Source: Eimeria praecox
Taxonomy: Eukaryota
Direction of reading: 5' to 3'
Assembly (NCBI GenBank): GCA_963920595.1
Contig: OY986947.1
Coordinates: forward strand, 5,518,001-5,582,000
Length of the DNA stretch: 64,000 bases
In this document: positions 46,613 to 59,559 of the stretch, piece after piece
How positions within the stretch are numbered: the first letter of the stretch is position 1
Layout: every line of letters starts with the position of its first letter
The notes under the pieces: generated by a model
The model's input: only the letters and a program-made list of their open reading frames with translations
Told to the model about the DNA's origin: nothing
The model's database searches: none
Made by a program: the position numbers and the translations under genes

Positions 46613-49600
46613 ATGCAAGGTTTTGGATCACTCAGCAGGGTGTGCGACGACGTAGTGGATTGCTTTGACCCTATATATGGGGGAGTTTGCACTGGAGATA
46701 GTTGCTTCAGCGCAATTTGGCCGTTTTTGTGTCTTACAGATGACTTCTTCCTGCAGTCTGGGAACCCCGAAGGCGGAGGGGTGCCTTTTTTGCCGAGTGC
46801 CATTGCTTCGCCTTCGGAGAGAAGGCTCAGAGTAGCTCATCCCGTTGCGGTGAGTGTAGCATGCCAAAGCTCGGAAGATTTCGAGGCACAGAGTCTTGAT
46901 CTGGTTCTCAGGAGCCTTAGGACTTTTCAGGATGCGAATCCTTTTAAGCAGCTGGTCGTGGGGCTCTCAGGTGAGATCACGCTCATGCAACCTGACTGCT
47001 GCTTCCACGCTGTCTCACATGAGCCGTGTTCTGTTCGTGAAGGACCAGCAAATGCGGTATCAACGCAGAGTTGCGGGAAGGATGCAAATCCCTCTTTCAA
47101 TGGCAGGCCTTCCCATAACCAAGTTTTGTGCGTGGGTGGGGCGTGACAGGCGGCAGCACTCCGGGACCCCTGTACGCGGCACTCAGGCAGACAGCCATTG
47201 CACATGCTGAGAGAGACAAGGGTCAGAACTCACCGGCAAGCGGACAACATAGCTCAGGAGCATCATCGCACCTAGCCATAGATTTTTCACGCGTAAGCTT
47301 TTTCCTTGTTGATGAGCGATATGTACCACCTACGCATCCCAAGTCGAACGTTCGCCTGGTCATGGAGGAGCTATTTGGACAGGAGGTTTGGAGCGATCAG
47401 GAAGCCGGTGGTGCCATGAGTTTTAGGCCGACAGCGTATTCGTGGCCCCACCCCGACTTCGATTTCTCGTTCCCAGACACATCTTTGCCTCTGGAGCAAT
47501 GCATTAAGAAATATAGGGAGGTGGGTTTTGCAGATGATCCAGGGAATATGGTTCCTTGGGCCCGCAAAGGATTCCACAGAATCTACCACTATGCGACTCG
47601 GTGGTTGCACAGAGGATGCAAATGCTGCGATTGGTACAGCCGTGCTTCTTCATCTTATTATATACTGCTTATGCACTGGGTACATCGGCTTCCCGAACTG
47701 CTTATGCTGGTTTCCTGCAGCAATCATTGGTCAGGTGAAGTGCTTTACTCCTTGATTATGTGGGCAGAGCTTGAGCAACTTGCTCTGGAGACACGGAGGT
47801 GTGGACCTTCTCCTACTGGGCATGGGGGACGATGGGCACATCGCATCGATCTTCCCACCTCTAAGCACGACACAGTATGAGGCTGCTACATGCCCAAGTA
47901 CCATAGTGGTGCACTCTACTACCGACCGGTAAGAGTCTTTAAGCTGAGCTTGGCTTGCTACAGTTCTCAGTTCTGATGTGGACTCAGATGCATCATTACC
48001 GACCTGTTGTGGATGCTTTCAACAGTTTCGACGTCCACGACCGCATCTCTGTCACTCTACAGTTGCTAGCTGGGGCGAGCCGTAAGGTGTTTCTTATTAA
48101 GGGAGAATCAAAGTTGGACACTTGGTTCCGAATGGAATCTAGCCCGGAGCAGGCAAGTAGTCAGGTACCTTTTGCCGCATGGCTAGCTATTCGGGGAGTT
48201 TGGCTCTGTGGGCAGCTGCACATTGCAGCAATTTTGGCATTGTGAGTAATTTGCAGTCGCCACTCATGTTCCCTGCCATCGAAGTGATCAATAGCGGAGG
48301 GTCCTACGTTGTTTCTTTCCCATCAATAGACGACTTTTCTAGGAGAAGGAGGAATGCAAACCGTTTGCAGCTTCGAACGCAGTCGACGCTTAGTATGCGC
48401 GAAATGCACCATCTTTCGGTGATCGTCTTCGGCGCAAGCGGAGACCTTGCAAAGAGGAAGACTTAGTAAGGGTGTCATGCAAGCAAGTCCCAGTAAAAAG
48501 CTAAGCACCTAAAGCTGAGCGTGCTGTAGTACCAGGGTTGGGATAATGCACCAGAATTTGGGGGAGCCGATTTCGCAACCAGGTAGTAGCTGTGTTGTGC
48601 CAACCTGTATCCCAGCCCCGCGCTTTTCAGCCTCTTCTGTGAAGGATTGCTACCTCCAAACGTGCACATCGTGGTAGGCCGCTCCCTCAGGTTACACACA
48701 ACCATTCAGGACCAGGCTAACGAAGTTTCTGAGAAACGCGTTGTGCGTTGCTGTAGTTGGTGTTGGGGCGGACTTGCTGATGCGCTGATCCATGCTCTTC
48801 GTCGGATGTGTTCCTTCTCTGCAGGGGTTTGCCCGCTCAAAGCTAGAGCTGGGCGAGTTTTGGAGACAGATTGCGGAGCATCTTACGTACGTAAGCACAT
48901 CCTCTACGCAAACTTATGCAATGGAAGATATGCCATAAGCGTGCCCTGGAGGCGGCTCGCTTGTGCTAGATCGTTGCCTTCTGTGCTTCGCCTTGAATGC
49001 GAACTTCAGGGAATTGTCCACTTACTTCTCACGTCAGGTGGCTCCCTTAAGCAGCAAATGCGAGGACCTTGTCCAGCGCTTTAGAAGCATATGCTCGTAC
49101 ATGTACGCAGCCATTACGGTTATTATGTTAACTTCACCCCCAGACGTGGAACAACCTGGTAGCTGCATCAGCACTCCCCAAGGCCATTACTGTTTTCTGC
49201 GCCGTGAACTTGATTCTCATGCAGAAGTGGAGATGGCTACGATGATGAGGTTGCGCTGAAGAAACTCAGCCATCATCTTGATACTCTAGAGGGCTTAGAA
49301 GGGAAAAACAACAGACTCTTCTACTTGGCGCTTCCGCCGCAGTTGTTTGCCCTTAATGTGCGTTCTATCAGGAAGCACTGCTGGGCACTAAAGGGTATGC
49401 TGCATTGTATGTGCCCTACACAATACCTGTGGATTCGTGGCTTCCTATCCGCATCACGTTTTGATCACGTTTTGAGCTTTGTGTCTTCGATTCAGCTCTG
49501 CCTCCGGCCAGTGTGTGGACAGCCTCACAAAGAGATTTTGTTTGTCCATCCGCAAGCATTCGGCTCAAATTTTGTGGGGCTGTGTTCATTGCTTTCTCAG

Positions 49601-51739
49601 GCTGGAACAGAGTAGTGGTAGAAAAGCCATTTGGACGTGACAGCGAAAGTTCAGAGAAATTGTCGAACGAGCTTATGGAAGTGCTTCAAGAGAAAGAGGT
49701 GAGATAACGCAGCGGCAGGCGAATACCATTGCCACTGGACACAGAGTTAAGCAGATCATCATTTGCACTCGATGAAGATGATCCTCCCAGCATTCTTGCT
49801 GGGAATGTGCCATCTTAGATATACCGCATTGATCATTATCTTGGCAAGGAGATGACCCTGTCCATCATTGCACTGCGTTTCGCCAACGTCGCATTTAAAC
49901 ACGTACGCCTTCTGGTCGTAGGGAATGGCCTAGCATTTGACTTAATTCATCTTGCCTAGAATAGCAGTCCAGCAGAGTAGCATTTCAACTTTTGCAAGGC
50001 TTGTGGATTTCTTTAGTCAGTGCGCATGAGCATGTGTGCTCAGCTATTTCATAGGCACAATGTACGTTGCGTACGTATTACTTTCAAGGAAGATATTGGG
50101 ACCAAGGGCCGTGGGGGCTACTTCAATAGCTACGGTGAGGCCAGAGTGGATGCTGCCTTCGTCGGGTACTCCCATTTTTTATTATTATGTTAAAGGGAAA
50201 ATGTGCTTGTGCCCGGGCACCGTGTTATATTGCAGGTATAATTCGGGACGTGATGCAAAATCACATGTTGCAGCTACTTACCTTAATAGCCATGGAGCCA
50301 CCTGCTTCTCTGAGCGATGAAGATGTCAGAGATGAAAAAGTGAAGGTTCTGAAGCAGATGCCGCCTATTAGTAGGTTCCAAGCCTAAGTTCCCCCCATTC
50401 TTGAGTTTTGAGAAAAACTGGCAGTGGCCTTTTCGAGGTGCCAAATAATGCTTACGGGGTTCTTCGCCTTTCTTTTGCTGTGAACGTTAATTGCGCGGTT
50501 GCAGAAATGGAGGAGACGATCTTGGGACAGTATACGGCGTCGTTGGACGGAACACAACCAGGTTATTTGGACGTAAGCTGCGCTCATTCCCTGGCTCGGC
50601 AGCCTGCGGGATCGCTTGTATCAAAGCAGAACATGTACCTTATTAGTTATGCTTTTGAGCTACTATTGCTGTTGTGTAGGACCCAGGAGTCCCCCCCGAT
50701 TCTAGGACGCCGACATTCTGCACATGCGCACTATGGATCGAGAATGAAAGGTGGAGGGATGTCCCGTTTATATTCAAGGCATGCTTACTCCTCAATCCAA
50801 CGCTTATTCACCAACACAGCAGCTGACGAAAGGTGAATAACTACGTTTTCTACCTCTTAACTTGAGAGAAGTCTTGTTCTGCACTGGCGCTGTATCTGTA
50901 GGCTGGCAAAGCTCTGGAGAAACGCTGCACGGAGATTCGCATTCAGTTGCGCCCAATCGCCCAGTCCTTTTACCCCGAGGAAGATCTTTCAGAAAACGAA
51001 CTTGTCATCATCGTACGCAACGTAGCCCGCGTACCGTCTGTCCTTTGTTTTGACGTTGATTGATATCAAAGTGGCAAGAATATCCTAGCCCCATAATGAA
51101 CATTTCGCATCCGGTAAATCAAGTATGCATCCAAATGTGGTGGATTGCACCTCTTTCAGGTACAGCCTCGCGAAGCCATTTACTTGAAGTTCTATACGAA
51201 GAAGCCTGGACTTGCTTCAGGACTCCAGCTGACAGAACTAGACTTATCAGGTATGCTTCTGCGGGAAGGGAACCAAACGTTTCCGCCTAATAGTGTGGGG
51301 GGTATTTTTGCGCTTCATGACAGCAGTTCACCTTCGGCGGCTTTCTCCCGGGTGATGTGGCTTTCAGTGATGGACCGGCTGCAGGTTGATCGACTTCCTG
51401 ACGCCTATGAGCGGCTGCTGCTGGATGTAATCAAGGGGGACAGGCAGAACTTTGTTAGGACTGGTGAGATTGGCAAGGTTGCAAGCCGTCATCTCGCAGC
51501 TTGCAGCTGGCGATCGGGTTTACTGCAGCAGAACCCCCGTGTTGATGCATTGTGATGCAGATGAGTTGCGGGAGGCGTGGCGCATCTTTACACCATTGCT
51601 TCGGCAGATCGACGAGCCCGGGGTCAAACCGGAACCTTACCCTTACGGGTCCCATGGGCCTGAATCGGCATATTCATTTATCCAGCGCTTCTACTCCTAT
51701 CATAAGGAGGCGCGTTATCAGTGGCATGCGAAACACTGA
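46613..51739 (+). CDS. Bifunctional 6-phosphogluconolactonase / glucose-6-phosphate dehydrogenase (GluPho-like), many exons
   Basis: 6PGL motifs [40 protein letters not shown]6PD motifs [72 protein letters not shown]. Start uncertain. Confidence 0.93.
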
Positions 51740-52075
51740 TGGCATGCGGGGGAAGAAGTGCATACCTGCATTCACTGAGCAGCTTCTGTTATTTCATTTC
51801 ACAGCTGCACGCAACAAACCGTTGCCGTTCCGTGCATGATGCTGCATGCATTGCAATGCATACACTGCATAGTTGCAGTTTGTACGCAGCAAAAAAACAC
51901 GTAGTGCTTGCGTCTGCTTATCGGCAGCCGTCCTGCTGCATACGAATATCTTTCGACTTAAATTCCATCGAGAGCCAAAATATTCATGTATTTTGACATT
52001 CCGTGACCCAAACAGGCTATTTAGCTTGTTTGGATGCAACGCCACTTGCTTGCTGCATCTCCGGCTTTGCGAGCA

Positions 52076-52189
52076 AAGATAGCAGTTTGCAATGATCTTA
52101 GCAAAGGTGGCAGTGATGAATATTTGGGTCCTTTACGAAGATAGCAGTTTGCAATGATCTTAGCAAAGATGACAGTGATGAATATTTGG
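52076..52189 (+). repeat. 62-bp tandem duplication between two convergent genes
   Basis: AAGATAGCAGTTTGCAATGATCTTAGCAAAG.TG.CAGTGATGAATATTTGG occurs twice. Confidence 0.88.
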
Positions 52190-52489
52190 CGTTCCCCATC
52201 CTCCTGGGCGCATGGACTGTGGAGATGCCGGATTTGGGCAAAAGAATAAATAACTGCAGCGCTGTTGTGCCAACGTGCTAAAGCTCACTTTGTGAGAAAA
52301 GACACCTCCTTGTACTTTACGCGTAAGCAGTATTTATACGTGCGCAAAAAAGCACAGGGTTGAGTTCGCTTGGCTCTGTCTGGCAATACATATTTTCAGA
52401 GCTTGCTGGGGAAGCCGCACTGTAAAAAGCAGCGCTAGATGCGTCTCACTTTGGTTGCAAGCACGTCCTCCAAGCAGGGGTGTAGCACC

Positions 52490-55400
52490 TCACTTCCCCA
52501 GAAACTGCTGCTGCATCGGTAGGCGCCGCGCCTCGGTAGCTTCGAGCACTCCAACTAGCTCTAGCAGCAATCTGTTAACTGGGGCCTTCAAGCCAAGTGC
52601 ATTTGCTTCTCTTATTACTGAACGCCCACGTACCACACTGATGCGCGCATGTGCAGGCCCTTGCGGCTTGGCATCATTGCCGTGCACGCCTTACCCTCTC
52701 CAGAAATATCTACAAGCTCCACTGGGCGGCCTTGGCGAAGCTGGCCTAGTGTTGAAGATATGTTATCCATGGACGCGCGGGCGACAGTGACGGCAGCAGC
52801 ACACGCAGATGCCTAAAGAACAGATGAAGGCCAATACGAGCACACTAAATATAACGGGTACTTTGCCCTGCAGCCTACCACCAAGCCGATAAAAAGGCAG
52901 ATGAAGTGGAAGTAGAGTGCATGGGAACGTACAAACGTCAGCGGGATCCCTTTCCCTCTAGCAACTGCCACGACCTCGGAAACCACAAGCTTCCTGAAAA
53001 GTTGGCTCACACGCGCGAGGAAATCAATGAATTTATACAACTTTTCAGGCGGCTCTCACTGAGCATCTGCTTGACAAGTAGTGCATTATACGCTGGATGC
53101 GGATTGATACACACCTGGCAAGTTCCATTCTGGGATCAACCAGCTGGCCGTTGGTACAGTTTAGTAAGGCAGCCAGAGGGTTGATGAAACAGTTTACTGC
53201 TGCTTTCTCCCAGAGAATTTCGTCCAATCGCTGATATGGTACGACTTCACACGACACACCTGAGCAGGAAACAGCAGGATGAACTAAGCAACAAGGCCCG
53301 CCCTTAGCGCCTGACCCCGCTAAATCTTCCCCGTACCTCGTACGCAAAATAGCGACAAAACAGTCACTTAGAGTGTAACAAGGGTTTCTTCCGATTTACT
53401 AAAGCACCCCAGTGCTGATACCTCTGGCTTCGAGCAATGCATGCAACTCTTCAGCCTTTTGGCTTGCTCTCTGAAGATATCCGCATATCTTTACGTGGCC
53501 ATTACCAATCTTCTGAATGCGCAGTGGCTCCTGAGAACACATGATACAGTGCAATATGTACTGCCCATTCAGTGTCTGGCGTAAGCCAGACACTGAATGG
53601 ATGCGTTTAAGCAATGTCAATCAAGAAAGAAGCCTGGTCTGGGCAGCACAGGAGAAATGCACAGGAGCAAGCAAAGTGAGGTAGTCCCCTACGCAGTGCG
53701 TTTGAACCCCCAAACAAACTGAATTCTTCTCAACCACTCAGACGGCTTCAGTTGGTAGCACATTCAACCGGGGGCAGCCAGCTGCACGTGCCCAGAACCA
53801 CGCTGAGCTGCTTAGAAGGGACAGCTGACTGCTAGTGGTGGCGAACCTCTTCAACTGCTGCAAGGGATGTCGGCATAAACACTAGATGAGGAGACTTGTC
53901 CTGAGCGCATCGGAAATCCCTGCATGGTGCTATGTATCAAAGACAGCGAATACTAGCGCGCTGTCGAACTGAAGCAATTGCCTCAGCTTACGCCAGATAG
54001 TAGCAGCCGATCATGCAATGACCGCAATATTCGAGGGGATTTTAGTCCGTTTTGCACAGAAGCTACAGTCCCCTCAGCTCGTACGGCGTGGAAGGCACAC
54101 TCAGCTGCACAGACACACGCGAATGTGGACAGGAGCAGTGCCCTGCCCCTTAGCTACAGGATTCTGCGCAAGGCGCAAGGCATTTCCAGGTACGGCTGCA
54201 GCATCACCATACCCAAAGAGCAAGCACAACTCCAGGATCCGAGCAAAAGTTGAATGCCCAGTTGCCAGCATTTACAAGTTCTCGTGCTCATTTACTTCTC
54301 CACCAGAAAGCCCCCCGACGCACCTATCTCCTGAGTATCGCCAGAGAGACAAGCAATTATAACAAGGTCGAAAGTACGGCCGAACGTCTCCACTGCTTTC
54401 CGCGAAATCACATTAACTGGCCGCCTTTCTTCGCTGCCTGTAACAAGGCTGCTATTTTCGACAGTTTCGTTCGTCAGCATGAAGGAATGCTTGATGCCAC
54501 TGCCGGAGTCCCCCGAGTTTTGATTCTTGGATGACTGTACAACGCTTAGCTGCCCCTTCGCTTGGGTAGAAGCAGCAACTAAATCTTCTCTGGAAGTACA
54601 GATGGTAACCTCTGTACCTCGCTTCTGCATCTGCTGCCATGAGGCTTTGTCCCTATCATCATCAGAAGGAAAGCAAGGCGGCCCAGCCATGATCCACGCA
54701 AAAAGCTGCCCCATACGGCCACCACCAAATACGCATACTTTGTATGGTCCTGTCTGAACAGGTCCCCCAGAGCCTGGCGAAGTTCCCACAGATGCAGAGC
54801 CTGCCATCCTTGAGTCAGGAGACTGAAGACTCGCAATGCAGTTGCCTGAAGGTAAAGCCCTGGGCGCGTCTCCTGCTACCACCGGACCCGAGCACTTGGC
54901 AAGCAGCTTCTCACTCTCAGCTGGTTTCATGAAACTTGAGTTGCATGCTCTTGGGAAGGAACCTGCCACCACTTCAGCTCTGTAGGTTCCCACAGCCGAG
55001 ACTGCAGCATCATATAGGTTTACATATCTGAAAAACATTGGGTACAGAGGAAAGCCAATCACACTACTTACGAACTTGACCACTCGTTCAAGACTTTTAA
55101 GCGCAGTTGAAAGCTGATGTAGGGCATTTCACGTGATGAGGCAGCCTGCAGCTGCTAAATCTTTCACCTTTTGGCGAATTTAAATGTTTTAGTTCCTGGG
55201 CCGCATAGCCCTAGCATATCGTGGATAACCAAAACCTGGCCGTCACACCCGATACCTGAGAAGAGCTAACGCCGTATATGAGCCTCCTAAAATTAAAGCA
55301 AACTTCGCGACTCGCGAACAGCTGCTGCTGCCAGGCACAAAAAACACCCCTGCACTATTCGACCTTAACAGGAACCTGATGCTTATCGAATAAACACTCC

Positions 55401-57069
55401 ATTGGACGCAATTTACTTCGTATGACCGACCTGCTCCAATCCCTATTGTAGGTATGCGAAGGGTTTTCGATATTAGCTCGGCCGCTTCAGCGCAGACCAT
55501 CTCAAGTACTATCATGGAAGCACCTGCACCAGGGGACGCAGCGGGCATAGGCAGATACTTTTGGACGCCAATTATCAAGCCTGAAAGAGGGCATTACCTA
55601 GAAGTTCTGATTGCATTCCCCAGAATTCCCTGGGGCCTGCTACCCTAAAGCAACCCTGATAAACCCAACTCAAAGTCTGAGCTTACTGGAGGCACTACCT
55701 ACCTGCATCCTGGAGGTCAAGTGCCTGTTGTAGAAGCCGTTTTGCGTCTTCTGCAGTGCCTCCTGTGCAAACGCAAAATGCTTGCTCTGCCATGGACGCA
55801 TAGCGCCGGGCATTGTTTATGCACGAGGAGCTTGCACGCGCACTCTCAGTGCATGGTACTGACCTGTGCTCACAAACGTCGTTGCCGTTTGTGGAAGCAA
55901 GCCAATGTGGCAGCATACTGCTGCATGCTTCTGCACCTCCTGCAGAGTTTGTGAGGACCCCACAACAGCAGCTGAAGACTGCTCTCTTACTTGATGATTT
56001 CGCAACACGAGCCAGCGAAGCTCGCCTTGCGCGGCTACTGATTAAACCCCCCATGAAGATATTTTGCAGTTGTGTTCCAATAGAAAAACTTGCCCTAACT
56101 ATCTCCGGGTGGTGACCTTCCAACTTAACCAGCTGAATGCCCGTCTCATGAACTACTTTTACAGTTGATGCAACTGCCTCTTCCGGCGTATTATAGGTGC
56201 CGTAAGGAAGGTCAAACATTACAACGGATCGCCGAGAGCCTGCACAACAGCCTAACGAGGGCATTGGATCGGTTACAAGGAGCTCTGCACAGCTGCAGAT
56301 ATTCCCAGCGACGTCCTCAAGGCCAGTTATCTTGCCCCGATCATGAATTCTCACGAATACAGTAACATACAGCAAGCCAAATTGTCCCGTTCGGTGCAGC
56401 AATGGTCATACGGTTACAACAACGCACCCTTTACTACGAGCTTGGCGAACAAAATCATGGTGTCCAGATCAACTGCCGTCGTTCGAGGCTCGCCTGCAAG
56501 CAATACGTACTGTCTGGCAGCTCAGCACAGGCTAAGTGTGACTCCCTGCAAAACAGGTCGAAATCAGCATCTATTCAGGAGCTCACCTAAAACAACATTG
56601 GCGAGGGAATCGCCAACGAGCTGGATATCGACCAGCGCATCATCTGCAACTCGTGAAGTAAATAAGTCGTATGCCTGCACAGAACGCATGCCCAGGCGAT
56701 GCTGTTCTTGGTGAGCGTGTTTGGCAAATGGTTTCCTCTTGCTGTGTCCTGCTGCGATAAACTGGGTGTAGGTCAACCCCAGTGCGTACTTCCAGCCCAT
56801 TTACATGCCAATGCAGGCATACTGAAGCCGAAATGTACACTTCAGGGACAGAGGCAACAGTTCGACGTGAATAAGCACAAAGAACTAGTGTGTAGGCCAC
56901 AATACCGCACTGTGCACATGACGATCTTCTCCTGGCGTCGCTTTTTCGCTATGATCTGGGCAAGTGTCAAACGTTTTATGCCATGCAGTTGATAGAGAGA
57001 TGTGCATGCTCCTGGTCCCCAACTGCTGTCATCAGCATCCCCCCCGGATGCTACGTAAAAGCTGCTCAT
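52490..57069 (-). CDS. Bifunctional ketopantoate hydroxymethyltransferase / ketopantoate reductase (PanB-PanE fusion), multi-exon
   Basis: PanB motifs IVMCT|AYD, LVGDSL, FDLPYGTY, VKLEG, HIGLLPQ, IVLEMV, PTIGIGAG, GQVLVIHDMLG, V..GSFP. PanE motifs VCVFGGGRMG, WEKAAVNCFINPLAA, NISST...GRPVELVDISG, APVNRLL. A single ORF (54292-55083) bridges both domains. Confidence 0.9.
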
Positions 57070-59559
57070 TGTCTCGAGGGGGTTCGTGCCTGCTACCGGC
57101 TGCAGGCTCCACGATCTCCACTTTTACCACGGCACACAATGTAATGCAGTGCAGCAAACAGAGAATCCTCCGTGAGTAGAGGTGTTCCCAACAGCGGTTC
57201 CGTTTTCCGCTGGCGACGGGTCAACTTAGACAATTGGGGCTTCGTAGCTTCCAGCAGTCGTCCCAATCCCGAAGTTTTGGTTGCACAGCGGCCACCTTCC
57301 GCGTATCCTGATATTCACGGTATGTGCCTGTAGAGACAGATCTTATGTACCGGCTAACTTATCGGTTATATTGGCTCACCCCACGAGACAAAGTCCCAGG
57401 AACTCGTAGAGGGGCTGCATGTAGTGCCATGGATTACACCATGAGTGAAAATCGAACTCAGGAGCCACAAATTGTACAAGGAAAATAATATATAGTAAGC
57501 ATAATGCTGCAGTTTGTTGGGATATTTGTGTGCTCAAGATTAGCAATGCACAAGAAGCATTATTGGGGACTGGTGAAAACCATCTGCTCAGCGCGTCGAT
57601 GCAGGAGCGGGTATGAACCAGTTTTATTCATCGAGATAAGTTGGCTTTTCATAACGTTTTATTTGCAATTATTTAAGCTGCGGCATTGCTAGGGAACTCC
57701 TGGAAAGCAGCGTCTTTACGATGTTATCGGCTCAGCTGCCCGGGGGAATGCATCGCCCCGGTTGGGCTGGGTGGGCCGACTTTTCGCATTGAGGTCTGCT
57801 GGTGGGTGTTGCTCCTCTATAGAAATAAATCTAGCCTCGGCGGTGAATCTTGCGGCCTTGTGTGAAAAGGCGACACCGGACAAGTCCGAGTAGTAGCCTT
57901 TACATCTTATCCTATTGCACATGGGACGGAAACTCCAGTGCAACGGGGACCGAACCGCAAAGCTTTAGATCATATGTGAGTGGAGGCTCTCCAGTAAATT
58001 ATTGTCGGAAATAAGAGTGTTTCCGTGGTCTGTCATAGAGTAGAAGCTGCAGGCTTAATTGTTCTGAATAGTAGCTCTGTGGCATGCTCTATATGGTGTT
58101 TGTATCCTACTTGCTCGCAAGATCACTAGGGCGGACCAAGTAAGTGCTTAAGACACTCTACGTTAAGTCTTCAGTAAAAGCGCATGCAGCTAGGAGACAT
58201 TGATTTTGCTTGCATTTAGGGCTACCTTTCAGCACTAGCTACCGGACGGTGCATCGGATACCAGTGGCAGGCAGGGAAATACTTACGCTAGGTCAAGCCC
58301 TTAAGCAGCGATGCCCCGGAAGCCTGGAAGGCGGAGGATATGCCAGGTGTCTTTTGGCGACTCTTCTTTCAGGAACCCGACTCTGGCAGCTTATGGCCAT
58401 CCTCGGCACAGGTCGAGGACTCTGGTTACTCTTGGTAGTACCGCATGGCTCGTCGGGACAGGTACAAGCAGTGAAACCCACCCACCGCTTAGAGTGTAGC
58501 AATAACGCGCCAACAGGAGAACCAAAAAGGAGCCCTACTATTTTTTTTGAAAAATCCTTGCCCAAACCTCAGCCTTTTCCGCTTGCATAGTGAAGGTTGA
58601 TTATGAGCTGACCTCGGGTGAGGAGGCAACCCACATCCGGGAGACCCGACGGGCAAACGAAGCTCGACGTCTTCATTGTATTAGGTGGGAACTGCATTTC
58701 AACCAAGAACAATTCATTAAGAATGCCTCGGCCTATGACGGCCTCCGCAGTGTAAAGGCACTAGAAGGGTTCCTTGGTTCCCACGGCTGATACCTTCGCC
58801 TTCAAAATGCACCAGAGGGACTAAAATTGGCATTGGCAGCTCATGTTTTGGAATGGGACTCACGGCAGCGATGGCTATATCTAAGCAAAGGCTTCGCTTT
58901 CCCGGAGCGCGCAAGGACCTTGCAAGCATTCTAGCACGCGCTCAGGTGCAGGCTTATTCGCAGATCTGCAAACGAACACGTTACGGCGGATCTGAGAGAC
59001 GTCAACTGTCCATAGAAGGCCGCATTCAGACCCATCCATCGTTGGTGAGCAAAAGCTCATTGGTGGAACTGGAAAGGTGTACAGTAGGCCTATCTCTCGG
59101 AGAGAGACAAGCGGCGGATTGGAAAGTAAGGAGTGAAATAGTTGAACTCGCGGAGATTATGGAGTAGCTTCGCACAGAACAAAAGTACCACTTTCCGAGC
59201 CCTAGCAGAAAGGGCATAAAGCAGGTTTGCAAGAGAACTAGATTTAGAGCGTGCTGACATTGAAGGGCAGACCAGCACTGAAATACATGAGATCGGTGAA
59301 CTGAAAACAGACAGCAAATTCGGCACCCAGAAAGCCGGGAGGATGCGCCTATCGGCATATCCGCTTCTTTTGCAACAAAAAAAGCCATATAATTTGAGAC
59401 TACAGAAACGTTGTAATGATAAGGAACTGGTAAACAAGGCTCCTTCGGCTCGTCGCCAGGGCAACAAATAGGAGATGAAGGAATGCCCTGATGCCCAAGC
59501 AGCGTGTGTCGCAGCAGTGAATCTGAAAAAGACGATAGCCTCACCAGCATACCCTCCTC

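Noticed and set aside
48460..48470. Apparent premature TAG in G6PD after AKRKT
   Set aside because: It is TA|GTAAG, a splice donor; splicing restores KTYPALF.
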